Part shown: positions 1 to 11,768 of the stretch, in pieces
How positions within the stretch are numbered: the first letter of the stretch is position 1
How the letters are laid out: each line of letters opens with the position of its first letter
From: Octopus bimaculoides
Taxonomy: Eukaryota
Direction: 5' to 3'
NCBI RefSeq assembly: GCF_001194135.2
Contig: NC_069001.1
Span: forward strand, 23,146,868-23,189,600
DNA: 42,733 bases
Made by a program: the position numbers and the translations under genes
The notes under the pieces: model-generated
What the model saw: only the letters and a program-made list of their open reading frames with translations
Database searches by the model: none
Told to the model about the DNA's origin: nothing

Positions 1-23
1 TCTTACCATTACTATTAATATTG

Positions 24-75
<52 letters not shown>

Positions 76-84
76 CTTAAAACA

Positions 85-213
85 GTTTGATTCAGTTTTG
101 TACTCCTTCAGGCTCCTGTTAAGACTAGATTTAATTCCTTTCAGTAAAAATTCTTCAAAGTGATGTCCCAGCCTGGCCACAGTCTAATGAGTGAAACAAA
201 TAAAATGTAAAAG
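85..213 (+). mobile_element. SINE family A, 3' tail fragment
   Basis: Matches the tail module (..cccagcctggccacagtctaatgagtgaaacaaataaaa..) repeated many times in this window. Confidence 0.6.
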
Positions 214-225
214 ATATATATATAC

Positions 226-512
226 GTGCAGGAGTGGGTGCGTGGTAAGTAGCTTGCCTACCAACCACATCATTCCAGGTTCATTCCCACTGCATCGCAC
301 CTTGGCAAGAGTCTTCTATTATAGCCTCAGGCCAAACAAAGCCTTATGAGTGGATTTGGTAGATGGAAACTGAAAGAAGCCCGTTGTATATATGTATATA
401 TATATGTATGAGTATGTATATGTTTGTGTGCTTGTGCTTGTTCCCCCAACATCGCCTGACAACCAATGGTGGTGTGTTAATGTCCCTGTAACCTAGCAGT
501 TCGGCAAGAGTG
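226..512 (+). mobile_element. SINE family A (tRNA-like head, CORE-like domain, internal microsatellite, truncated tail)
   Basis: Degenerate A/B boxes (gggtgcgtgg; ggttcattccc), caccttggcaagagtcttct CORE-like segment, (TA)n/(TG)n, then the first part of the tail. Confidence 0.8.
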
Positions 513-579
513 CCAGATCCCATGATTTCACCTATCGATAGACACACCAGTAACAGATATCCTGTTGCAATGTGTGTGT

Positions 580-610
<31 letters not shown>

Positions 611-803
611 AACAAATAGTAAATGAGTATATGCATATATACGTACAGGTATGTGCATACCGACATCCACCTGTATGTATAGGTGCATATCTGGGTACAG
701 GACATTGCAAACAAAACAGAGACGAGAAAACACACAAGCCACATAGAGAACATTCTACTTATATATATATACATACATACATGCATACATACATACATAC
801 ATG

Positions 804-1652
804 CAAAGTATTATTAAAAGGTTCCTCTAAGTTTTAACGTCATCTCTTTTGAAATGGTCATCTTGCACAGAAATACATCAGTCTCAGTGTTCTTGCTACT
901 TTTGGAATCCAACCTGGAAGTCGTTTTTTTCGTAAGTGATTCTAGGACCTTCTATGATTTGCTCTTGATCTTGACAACAGTATTAAAATGGCAACCTTTG
1001 ATCTGCATTTTAATCTTGGGGATGAGATGGAAGTCTGCAGGTACTAAATCTGGTGAATATGGGGGGGGGGGGCGCACAAACAATGCCATGCTTTTGGTGA
1101 GAAACTCATGAGTTAATAGAATTTGGTGATAGCATGCATTGTCGCCATGAAGAATCTAGGTGTTAAGATTAACTGCATGGACCCATATGACAGACCAACA
1201 ACATCAGCAATGTTGATGATTGTCCCCCAGTAATCCTCATGCACAAGCTGATGAATTTTGTCTACATTTATGGGGGTGATTCTCTTCCAGATAACTCATC
1301 GTCTTCCAGGGATGTTCTTCCACTTTTGAAGTGCCCATGCCACTTGGAACTTTACGTACGACCCATTGCCTTATCACCTTTAAGCATGCTCAATGTCCCT
1401 ATAGCAGACTTCTCAAGATAAATGCAAAATTTCACATTAAATCTTTGTTCCAGTCCATGACAAAATCGCAGGCTACAGCATGCATGTGATCGCAGAAAAA
1501 CAAATTTCACAACTTGCAAAGTAAACACAGTGATGTCACTCAACACACTGCCTCATGATGGTCACTACTAGATGTCACTATGCATACTGCCATGTGCTGC
1601 CATCTGTTGATCTGCAACAAAACTACTCCAGTAACTGTTTGATACCACCTTG
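804..1652 (-). mobile_element. Internally deleted mariner transposon relic
   Basis: Minus-strand fragments EQRFNVKFCIYLEKSA, KWHGHFKSGRTSLEDDE, NVDKIHQLVHED..IADVVGLSYGS, HGDNA, PPYSPDLVPADFHLIPKIK; weak TIR similarity (caaagtattattaaaaggttcc vs caaggtggtatcaaacagttac). Confidence 0.85.
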
Positions 1653-1696
1653 TATGTGTGTGTGTATATATATACGTGTGTATATATGTATCTATA

Positions 1697-2640
1697 CAGG
1701 GGCTGAACAAAATAATGGAAACATTAAAATTTCAAACAAATTTATCTTAATATTGGGTAGAACTGCTTTGGCAGTAACTACAGCTTGAATTCTATGAGGT
1801 ATGGACGTGTACAAAGTTTGAATTGTTTCCAAAGGAATTTTTGTCCATTCTTCAGCTAAAACAGTCTCCAGTTCTTGTAGTGATGATGGTGGAGGATATC
1901 AACCCCTTACTTGTTTTTCTAAAATGCACCATAAATGTTCAATAATATTGAGATCTCGGGACTGTGGTAGCCAGATAAGATGTTCAACTTCACTAGAATG
2001 TTCATCGTGCCATTCAGTAACAACTTTAGCTGTGTGAATTGGTGCATTATCATCCGAAAGATTGTGTTACCTTCTGGAAACAGTTCCGCAATCACAGGAT
2101 GGATTTGATCAGATAAAATGCTTAAATAGTCTTGACTATTAATTCTGCCATGAAGGGAAACCATTGGGCCAGCGGATTTCCAAGATATAGCCCCCCCCCA
2201 CCCTTATATCATCACAGATCCTCCTCCATGTTTAACAGTTGGAAGAGGGCAGTTTGGATCAAATGCTTCTTTTGGCTGTCTCCACACTTATACTCGGCTG
2301 GTGGTCGGAAATAGGGTAAAGAATGACTTATCCAAGAAGATAACATTCTTCCACTGCTCTAAGGACCAATTGTGTAGGTTTTTACTCCCCTCTAAATGCT
2401 TTGCAACGTTTGTTTTTGAAAGTAGTGGGTTTTCTGATTGCAGCTCTCCCATGAAATCTGGCTTTGTGCAGCTCTTGGTGAACAGTTTTTTCAGAAACTG
2501 GGTTCTCGAGGTGGTCGTTAAGCTCTGCAATAATCTTGGGAGCTGTACTTTTATGATCCTTTTTAACAATCCACGTAAGAGTGCGATGGTCTCTATCTGA
2601 AAGTTTGGGTTTTCTTCCAGAGATTGAGGAGATGTACCTA
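1697..2640 (-). mobile_element. Tc1-like transposon relic, 5'-truncated, DD36E spacing
   Basis: SGRKPKLSDRDHRTL, WKNVIFLDKSFF, VKHGGGSVMI, DDNAPIH...WLPQSRDLNIIEHLW; terminal TA + CAGGGG at 1695-1702. Confidence 0.9.
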
Positions 2641-3010
2641 CTTCCACATGCAACAGGTGGCTCTGAGGTGGCAGGCTGAGGTTTGTGAGAAAATTTCAAA
2701 TGTTTCAAAGACTGAGAAAGAAATGAAGTGGGCATACTCTGCTGAAAGAGTAATTTTGGCTTGCATGAATATTACAAGATGGAGCAAGCAAGAGAGAGGG
2801 TTGTACAGTGTAGGTTATCAGTTGTGTACAGAAGCACCAAACATTCCAAGAAAATGGAACCAGTTGAAGAAAGAGATAAAGTAGCAAAACACTGTGCTGA
2901 CAAGTCCTATTCAATCCCTGCAAGAATAGAAAATGAATATAAAATCAATCGGAATGGAGGTTTGATCTCTCTTCTCCTATACATTCATATTATTCACTGC
3001 ACTCAGACAA

Positions 3011-3395
3011 GTGGAGGCACAATGGCCCAGTGGTTATGGCAGCGGACTCGTTGTCGTAGGATTGTGGTTTCAATTCTCAGACCGGGCGTTGTGAGTGTTT
3101 ATTGAGCGAAAACACCTAAAACTCCACGAGGCTCCGGCAGGGGATAGTGGCGAACCCTGCAGTACTCTTTCACCACAACTTTCTCTCACTCTTACTTCCT
3201 GTTTCTGTTGTGCCTGTAATTCAAAGGACCAGCCTTGTCACACTCTGTGTCACACTGAATCTCCTCTAGAACTACGTTAAGGGTACACGTGTCTGTGGAG
3301 TGCTCAGCCACTTGCACGTTAATTTCACGAGCAGGCTGTTCTGTTGATCGGATCAACTGGAACCCTCGACATCGTAACCGATGGAATGCCAACAA
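3011..3395 (+). mobile_element. SINE family C (tRNA-like head), near full length
   Basis: A box tggcccagtgg, B box ggtttcaattc; closely similar inverted copy at 41455-41820. Confidence 0.85.
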
Positions 3396-3779
3396 TAGTG
3401 CACTCAGGCATTTGCTGCAACCTGTCTCTTCATTGGCCTCTCACCAAATATCACACACAGCTCTCTATTTTTCTACTGCTCCCTCACCTTTCATTACTCT
3501 CCCATCTATCTCTTCATTAGTCTCTCATTGCACATTTTTTACTGCTCCCTCTCTTTTCCCCACTTTCCCATCTATTTCTCCTCCTTCTCTTTCATCTCTT
3601 TTCCTTCCTCCATTAATCATTCCTTTATCACTTCATTTCTTTTCTATTAAACTCTCTTACGCTCTATCCATGTCTGCCTTTTTTGCTCTCCTTCTTTTCT
3701 ATCACTCTCTCTCTCTCTCTCCCTCCCTCCCTCTCTCATCAGCATCCTTTAACATCCATGTTCTTTGCTGGCATGTGTT

Positions 3780-3940
3780 GAACTTACCAGTTCAACAAAG
3801 AAAGACTGATAGAATATGTACAAGAGTTAAAAAAGAAATAAGTATTCGGAGTGCCAATTTGTTGAACTAAAACACTTCAAGGCATTGCCCCAGCATGGCC
3901 AATGTCCAATGACTGAAACAAGAAAAATCTAAAAGATTAA
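3780..3940 (+). mobile_element. SINE family A tail fragment
   Basis: gccccagcatggcc..aatgactgaaacaag tail motif. Confidence 0.65.
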
Positions 3941-4124
3941 AGAAACTGTACGTCAACACACAGCAGGTCATTGCGAGCTCCAGAAATTATGCTTTGAAAT
4001 CTGATGATGATAGAAAATTTATACACATTATTGAAAGAAGAAACCCACACATATCTGATAATGCAATGTCATCACTCCTCCTGTTAGTTGTTAGTAGCCA
4101 AGTCTTTCTCATTTGCTCACCTTA

Positions 4125-4612
4125 CATCATCATTATCATATCTGTTTTCTGTGCTGGCATAGGTTAGATGGTTTGACTGGAGATGGTAAGCCAGAGAGCT
4201 GCACCAAGCTTTAGTCATTTCTGTTGCCTTGACTGCCCATCCTAATGCCAACCACTCCATAGAGTGTACAGGGTATCTTTTATGTGTCACTGGCACACGT
4301 GCCTTTTATGTGTTACCAGCATGAGTGCCTTTTACATGTCAATAGCATGAGTGCCTCTTATGTGTCACTGGTGCAGGTGCCTTTCTCATGCCAATAGCAC
4401 TGGTGCCTTTCACACATGACTGGCACCAGCCATGGCCAAAATTTCACTTTGCTTGACATGTCTTTTCAAGCACAGCAATTCACCAGAAATCTTAGTCACT
4501 TGTCATCACCTCTATGAGACTTGACATTTGAAGACCACATTTCTCCACCTCATCCAAAGTCTTCCTGGGTCTACCTCTTCCACAGGTTCCTTCCACAATT
4601 ATAGATCAGCAC
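4125..4612 (-). mobile_element. RTE-clade LINE 3' end (ORF C-terminus and 3' UTR)
   Basis: Minus strand VEGTCGRGRPRKTLDEV-like peptide, 3' UTR shared with 11305, 22027, 23080 and 33236 copies, (GAT)n tail. Confidence 0.8.
4277..4430. repeat. About 27-28 bp minisatellite inside the RTE 3' UTR
   Basis: About 5-6 diverged units of gtgccttttatgtgtcactggcac. Confidence 0.7.
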
Positions 4613-5604
4613 AGAAAAAAGTAGTTCTAGGTGCATTAGATCCAAAACACAGATTAGAATGCCTTTGGTCATAGGTAGCTCTGTCTCAGGGTCAAAATGG
4701 AGCTAAACAACAGCAACAACAACATGTGTGAATATGTTTTAAAAGAAATGTATGTGAAGTTAAACTCTATTTATAAAATGCATTGGTGGATAATAGATGA
4801 AATTACATCGTATATTAAATATGTTAAAATGTATATTATACATATACACTACACATGTTAAGTATGTTAGAAATTATCTCAAATATACAACTGCTTGCCA
4901 ATATGTAGCAGCACATTGTGGATTTTAGAAATTAGACTTAAAGCTCTAAACATGATAGAAAATTTACATGTATTATTGAAAGAAATACCTCACATATATA
5001 ATAATGTAATTCATGTGACTATTGCAAAAGTGGGTTGCCTGATCTTAGCTTGACTTTACAAGCATACAAGAATGTATAAAATATACCTTATGTGCAAAAG
5101 TATATACAGAGTTATATTGCAAATGCATAAAAATACCATGAACAAGAAGAAAATATTCAAAACATTTAGTTCCACTGTCTACAATAGTACCAATAATTTG
5201 GCTCCTTATTGAATGGATATCTTACAATCATCTCCCAGAACTATTTCAGTCTTTATGCAGCACCAGTTAGTAACAGTCATGGAAAAAATGTTGAGAAAAT
5301 TATAGTCCCAAGAAAATATATAAATGCATTGCCAAAAGGCAATGAAGTAATTTTAGAGTATTTCCAACTTAAAAAATACAAGATATATATATATATATAT
5401 AATAAAAAAATTTCCTTTCATGAATTCAGAAGATTATTTTCTAAATCACAGTTTATAATCTTTTAACACCTTTCCCTATCGAATGATATTTTTGCAACAA
5501 TTTTACATTGTAGAAGTGAAATAGCCAACTGGGTATATCTGACAACCAGTTTATAAATCTTGAGTTCTTGTTAACACACATACAGGATTTCAGATACACA
5601 GCTA

Positions 5605-5675
5605 GGCACTGGCATGGCTGTGTGGTTAAAAAGCTTGCTTTCCGGCTGTGTAGTTTCAGGTTCAGTCTCACTGCA
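5605..5675 (+). mobile_element. SINE family A head fragment
   Basis: tggctgtgtggttaaaaagcttgctt..ggttcagtctcactgc. Confidence 0.65.
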
Positions 5676-6556
5676 TGTTTATAATGTTCTAAGCTAAGTT
5701 CTTCTTAAGGTCTAAATTTTTGAATTTTTAACCTAGTTTTTTGAGATCCAACATTTCTTAATATTTACATCACTAGTGTCCTTGTGGATGAGTGTTGTCA
5801 CCATTAGTTTTGGAATACGGGTTCCTTGTTCAAATCCAGTTTCATTCACTGTATACATATAACAATAAGACACCTAATGACTATCAGAGACCAGTCTGAC
5901 TATAACAAGGAAGTACATATTAAATTTTATATCATAGATACAAGGCCATAAATTTGTGAAGGTTGGTGACTTGCTGTGCTTGAGAAAACCTGTGAAATCG
6001 TAATTGTAGCCAGTTCTGGTGATAACAGGAAAAAAAGTGAGTTGGAATGAAAGGTGTGAAAGAGACTTGCCACTTTTGTGAAGCTAGCTGGTCCCATGTA
6101 TTGTAGTATTAGCAAAAAATGTACAGGGAGCAGACATAGGAGGAACTTGGTTACAGTGTAGCTAGATTATAGAAAAAACCCATCTGATTCTGCTTCCAAA
6201 TCATGGATGTAGATGTCCCTGCAACTTCTAAAGTTAAAAATGATATAACAAAAGCCCTTACCCTAGATCAGCATTCTAAAGTTACATACAAAATGAGGCT
6301 CTGTAGTGTCTTATGGGATACATTCTTTTATCATTTATTTGTTTCAGTCACTAGACTCTGGCCACGCTGGGGCACCACCTTGAAGAATTTTTAGTTGAAT
6401 GAACAGCTCTTGGTACTTTTTTCTTTTTAAAGCCTGGTACTTATTCTGCAGGGGTCTTTTGCTGAAACACTCAATTACAGGGATCTATACAAAAGGTCAT
6501 CAATTGCCAAGTGACACTGGGGGACAAACACAGACACAAAGACACACACATAGGTA

Positions 6557-7818
6557 TTGGGTCATCCCATAAATAATGCGGTTTTTTTCAATTGCATGAA
6601 CTAAAAGCTGGAGAGTGATGGGATAAACTACCTGCATCAACTTGCTATAAAAGCAGGTAGTAATTTTATCTTGTATTTATTCCTAATGCAAGTTTTGAAG
6701 AGTTCAGTTTCATTTTAACAGTTATTTTTTTAAAGCTATAATGGAAGTGGCAAAGGAGCATATTCGGCATATTTTATTTTATGAGTTCAATAAAGGCAAC
6801 AAAGCAATGCAAAGTGCAAAGAATACTAATGCAGTATATGGGGATTGGACAATAAGCGTAAGCCAGTGTCAACGGTGGTTCCAGAAATGCTGAGCCAGAA
6901 ACTACAGCCTAGAAAATGAGCCTCATCCTGGAAGATCTGTAGAGCTCGATGAGGACGTACTACAAACCCTGATGGAACAAAATCCCATTGTAACTGTTGA
7001 GGAACTATCAGAGAAGCTTGGATTTGGTCATTCAACCATTCATTGACACCTCTGTGCCATCAGAAAAGTTAGCAAATTGGGTCAATGGGTTCCTCACAAA
7101 CTTTCCGAGTCAAATCATGCTCTTCTTTGCTATCACATCTCACGAATCTACCGTTTTGGGACCAAATAGTGACTGGCGATGAGAAATGGGTTCTCTGTAA
7201 AAATCTCAAGTGCCAAAGACAGTGGGTAAGGAAAGGAGAAACACCGGCACTCCAGGCTATAGGTCTTCACTCACATAAGGTGTTATCTGTTTGGTCAGAT
7301 ATGAAAGGTTTAGACCACTTTGAACTTTTAAACCCAAACCAAATGATAACAAAGGAAATCTCCTGCAAGCAGCTTGAGTGGCTTGAGTCTGCACTAGAAG
7401 AAAATGACCATCTTTGGTTTCAAGACGAAAGATGTTCTTCCATCAGGATAATATTTGACCACATACAGTGAGGATGACATTCCAAAGGCTGGATCAGTTC
7501 GAATGGGAAATCATATCTCACCCAACATATTCACTGGACATTGCCCCGTCTGATTATCATTTATTCTGCAGTCTTCAAAATCATTTGGAAGGAAAAAGTA
7601 TGAATTCTGTAGACGAGGTCAGAACATTACTGGAGGAGTATTTTTTGTCATGTACAAGTGAATTTTGAAAGAGAGACCTTGCAAGTCTACCAGATAGATG
7701 GAAGAGCACTGTAGAAAATGAAGGAGAGTATATTTTAGATTAAAAAAGAACTTTGTTTATCTTAATTTTGAAAAATAGAAGAAGTACAAAAAGACCATAT
7801 TATATAGGGTTGACCCAA
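6557..7818 (+). mobile_element. Full-length (about 1.26 kb) mariner DD34D transposon, inactive
   Basis: TIRs ttgggtcatcccataaataatgcggtttt and aaagaccatattatatagggttgacccaa, TA on both sides. Confidence 0.92.
6741..7743 (+). pseudogene. Mariner transposase with stops and frameshifts
   Basis: MEVAKEHIRHILFYEFNKG..WVPHKL..IVTGDEKW..HQDNI*PH..HPTYSLDIAPSDYHLF; 34 residues between second and third D. Confidence 0.9.
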
Positions 7819-8949
7819 TATATATATATATGTACAACAGGCTTTCTTTCAGTTTTTGTCTACCAAATCCATTCACAAGGCTTTGTTCTGTCTGAGGCTA
7901 TAATAGAAGATACCTGCTCAAGGTCCCTCAGAGTGGATTGAACCCAGGAACACATAGCCATTCCTGCAACACTGATGAGATATATTTCTTTTAAAGTGAC
8001 AGTAATATTGATAACTAAGGTTATCTAACCTGGACTAACAATCATGAAGTTGGCTTTCAATCTGGAAGATAAGCTTTTGAATACAGGAAGAGAAAATGAC
8101 AAAATACTATAATCAACAATGACTGGAAATGATATCATCAACACTATTATAGAGGAATTGAAGTGCAAACAGTGAAGAAAGGTAGGCAAAATGTTTTTAG
8201 CTGTAGTTATAGAAGGAAATGTAATTATAAAATTCATTTCTTGTAGAGTTATAAACTCAATAATGACAAACTTAATTGCTATAAAACGACAAAGAAACCC
8301 CTCTGTTATCTGTTTGAAAAGAAGCAAATCATATAGGAATGATCTCAGCAGGTCATCCCAGTACTAAATTATTTTATAGCTTAACAATTATGCCAATCAT
8401 TGGCAACTTTTGAATGCAAAAGAGCAGTTGGTTATGATAATTTCTTTTGCTAAAATATGATGGGTGTAATTTTATTCCTCAAAATTGTAAACATTGCACA
8501 AATAATATGATGTTGATATTTCCCTAGATTGGGCAAGCCTACAACAATAAATCAGGCTCCTGCTGCTCTTTTGCTGCATAGCAATCAGCTGACTCCTCTA
8601 ACTGGTACTGTGCCACTTCATACCCTGGTTGATTGTCCACAACCAGCTGCCAGCAAACCTAGCAACGACAGTAATGAAAGAAAAAAATTCTATGAGCTGG
8701 CAAAGTGAGGAGTATTAACACTTGCAGTATATTCTCAGGGAAAACTCCAAAACGTTTATTTTCTTTTAAAACATTTCCTTCAGAGAAGACTTCATTTAAC
8801 TAACAAAAGGAAACAAAAAAGGCAGATTAGCTCATTTTCACATAGCTTAGTGAAATCTGGGAAGAATATTTACAATACTGTAAAAATCTTTCATTTTGGT
8901 AAATTACTGATCATTTATATGTCATCTCAACAACTGAAAAGTTACACTC

Positions 8950-11755
8950 TGGAGATACTGAAGAATTAAGGAAAGGCAAACAAATAGAAAATATGCCATT
9001 GTGGATTTGGAAAATGGAGAAAAAGGATTGTTGATCTAAGGAAAACTGTTGGTTATGTGGCCTTGCTTATCACTCAGAAACAGATAAATAACTATACTCC
9101 TCACCAACACAAAGAGTAAAAAATAAAACAGAAACAATGTTTGGAGATAGTGAAAAGTGAATACTTGAGTTCAGATTAATCAGCCTCAAACACGAGCTAA
9201 AAGCCTTCAGAGGAAAACATTGGCATCAGAAGAGAGCAACTGAAAGAGAAATAATTAGCAAAGAATTTAAGCAAAACCAATCAGCTATATACAGAGATAT
9301 GAGGAGGCAATCGATACATATATGCCACAGAAGCTTTTTCAGGAAAATACAGAACCATTCTAGAGAAAAATCTGGAGTGAGGTGAAGGAGCTTAATCAGA
9401 ATACAGGGTGGTTTGAAGAAATCTTGAGCAAATATTGTCAGTGTATTAAACCAAAAGCGTATGGCATCAATGGCAAAACACTGTGATTCAGAAACTTCAA
9501 GATGGAAAGAGACTTTATTGTTGGGTACTGGTATAAATAAAAATCAACTTTCTATTGGGAGTATCTTATTGACCTTTACCAGCTAACTCTCAATGAAGAT
9601 ATAAACATGCTAGGTTGGTTGGCACAAGCAGAAACAAAACCGATACTAAAAAAACCAGCAGAAAAAAAAAAACAACCAATGCCATTCAGCCAGTTGCATG
9701 CCAGAATCTCATATATAAAATGTATACAAACTATCTGAACCTGTTTCTCCAAAATCTCTGTGATAGTAATAGCATCATCACAACTGAATAAGCTACTAAG
9801 AAGAAAGGAATTTGGTGATGCATTGAAAAACTCTTAATTAACAAAACTAAGATGTCAGAACTTGGTTAAAGGCTGGCAGGATTATGGAAAATATTTGATT
9901 TTGTTTTCAACTCATGGATGTAGAGACCTTTCAACAAAAATGTTCCAGAGACTATTATCAAGACCATTGACAATCTAACTTTCTCACCTTTAAGCAGTGA
10001 AATCTATAAAATGGTTCTATTGTCACTGATTGGATACAGAGTCACAGTGGTATATTTCAGGTGTAAAGTCTTTCTGTGATGTAGTTTATGCTTTCAGTAA
10101 CCATCCCCTGTCCTTTTCCTTAAGGAAATCTGAAGGATATGCAATTAGCTCACAGATAAACAGAAACACCAACCTAAAACATTGTCTTTGCATTTTGTTG
10201 ATGATCTGAAAATATGAGCCAAGAATATGAACAGTATGAAGTAGCCATGGCTTAGATATAACATTCTCAAAAGATATAATAGAGAATGGAGTTTGAGTAG
10301 AATAATATCCATTCAACAACATCTACTAACCCACAAATGTTGAACTTTAGTCATGGATTGTGTCTGCATAAATGAAGCTAATAACATCATGAAGGCTAGA
10401 AAGGAGTTTTTCAGAAATTATTCCCTAACTGACGACCAGTGACATACACCCAGAGAAGTTGCAAAACTCTACTGAAACAGACCATAAAAGATGATGCTGT
10501 GTATATATAGCAGCAACAGGTTGACTCTGTTCCCAGAAGTTTCAATATGACAGTGAAATTTTAATCAGAATAGTCTATCCTAGAGTAATAATCTCGATAT
10601 AAACTGTCACTTTGAAGGATTATACTTTTGCAATATGAGAGCAGTGTAACAAGGAAGACTTCTTCATGTGTTGAATAATAGTTTGTTACATTAATAGGAA
10701 GGGTGTTCATACAATAGAATCAATGGAAACATGTAGAGTAAATCTTTTTTTAGAAACTCAACATTTGGGCAAATTTTTGCATATCAAAATTCGTATTCAG
10801 GTGCTGTGGTGTGCCTTCTTCGATCATTCCTGACTGAATATGTTGCTGGGAAAACAGTGAGGAAAGAGTATGCTAACTTGACCCAAGACACTCTGAATTT
10901 TTGGTACTCAATTTGATTGTATTTGTAGGCCTCATTCATGGAAAGTCTTAGTTAGACCACTAATCTACCATGTGAGCAATGGCCATGCATTGGATAAAAT
11001 CTCAGTTGTGCACATGATTGAATTGTGATTTCTATGTGGCAAAACATAGGATCGAATCTAATGCTGTATCGGGAAATAACAAAATACTTGATGCACAAAG
11101 AGACAGGGATGTAACCAAACAACCTGGATGCAACAACTGATGCAGACTCTATAAAATTAACACTCAGGATATCACCCAGATCATGATTAGCTACCCAGAA
11201 ATATCCTCACGGCATACCTACATATGAAATAAGATATGACTAGAACATTCAATAAAATCCACAGAAAGGATAATCTTGAGGATACAAATATACGATGTTA
11301 CAGTGATGTGGAAGGTATAACCACACATTGCCAGTGCCGCTGGACTGGTTCCTGTGCAGGTGACACCTAAAATGCACCATTTTGAGCATGGCCGTTGCCA
11401 GTACTGCCTGACCGGCCTTCGTGCCGGTGAAACATAAAAACATCCACTACACTCTTGGAGTGGTTGGCATTAGGAAGGGCATCCAGCTGTAGAAACTCTG
11501 CCAAATCAGACTGGAGCCTGGTGTAGCTATCTGGTTCACCAGTCCTCAGTCAAATCATCCAACCCATGCTAGCATGGAAAGCGGACGTTAAACGATGATG
11601 ATGATGATGATGAACATAAATAGACACTGGTGGAATGTTCCTCTCAAAACTTCAATAAAATACAAATGTAACAGACCAAATATAATGATTTGGCATAAAG
11701 AAAAGGAATTACACACTGTAGTTGAAATCAGTTGCTCACCAGATGTCAGCACACA
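8950..11755 (+). pseudogene. R4/Dong-like (RT plus restriction-like endonuclease) non-LTR retrotransposon relic
   Basis: F*RKIW..W, GYWYK, QPVACQNLIYKMYT..IITTE*ATKKKGIW*CIEKLLINK, FVDDLKI at 10194-10214, RCCG, and WWNVPLKT..NRPNIMIWHKEK..VVEISCSPD at about 11628-11745; interrupted by an RTE tail; boundaries approximate. Confidence 0.8.
11305..11613 (+). mobile_element. RTE LINE 3' UTR fragment inserted in the R4-like relic
   Basis: ggagtggttggcattaggaagggcatccagctgtagaaac..gcatggaaagcggacgttaaac(gat)n. Confidence 0.85.
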
Positions 11756-11768
11756 ATTTTTGTGTCAA

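Larger units (their letters stand above)
6325..7968 (-). mobile_element. SINE family A split by a mariner insertion
   Basis: Tail at 6325-6550 and head at 7820-7968, both minus strand, flank the mariner at the SINE's internal microsatellite. Confidence 0.75.

Noticed and set aside
344-837. YIYI/HTHT/CVCV-rich ORFs here and at many other positions
   Set aside because: Translations of dinucleotide microsatellites and SINE bodies.
3011-3090. tRNA gene calls for the SINE heads (also 11975, 14994, 29957, 36810)
   Set aside because: A/B boxes are present but there is no intact cloverleaf, and they continue into multi-copy SINE bodies.
3289-3870. 193-aa ORF, similar at its start to the ORF at 41043-41564
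   Set aside because: The shared N-terminus is just SINE C sequence, followed by a pyrimidine-rich low-complexity tract.
4277-4430. CRISPR-like array
   Set aside because: Eukaryotic context, degenerate tandem units with no unique spacers, and it lies inside a LINE 3' UTR.
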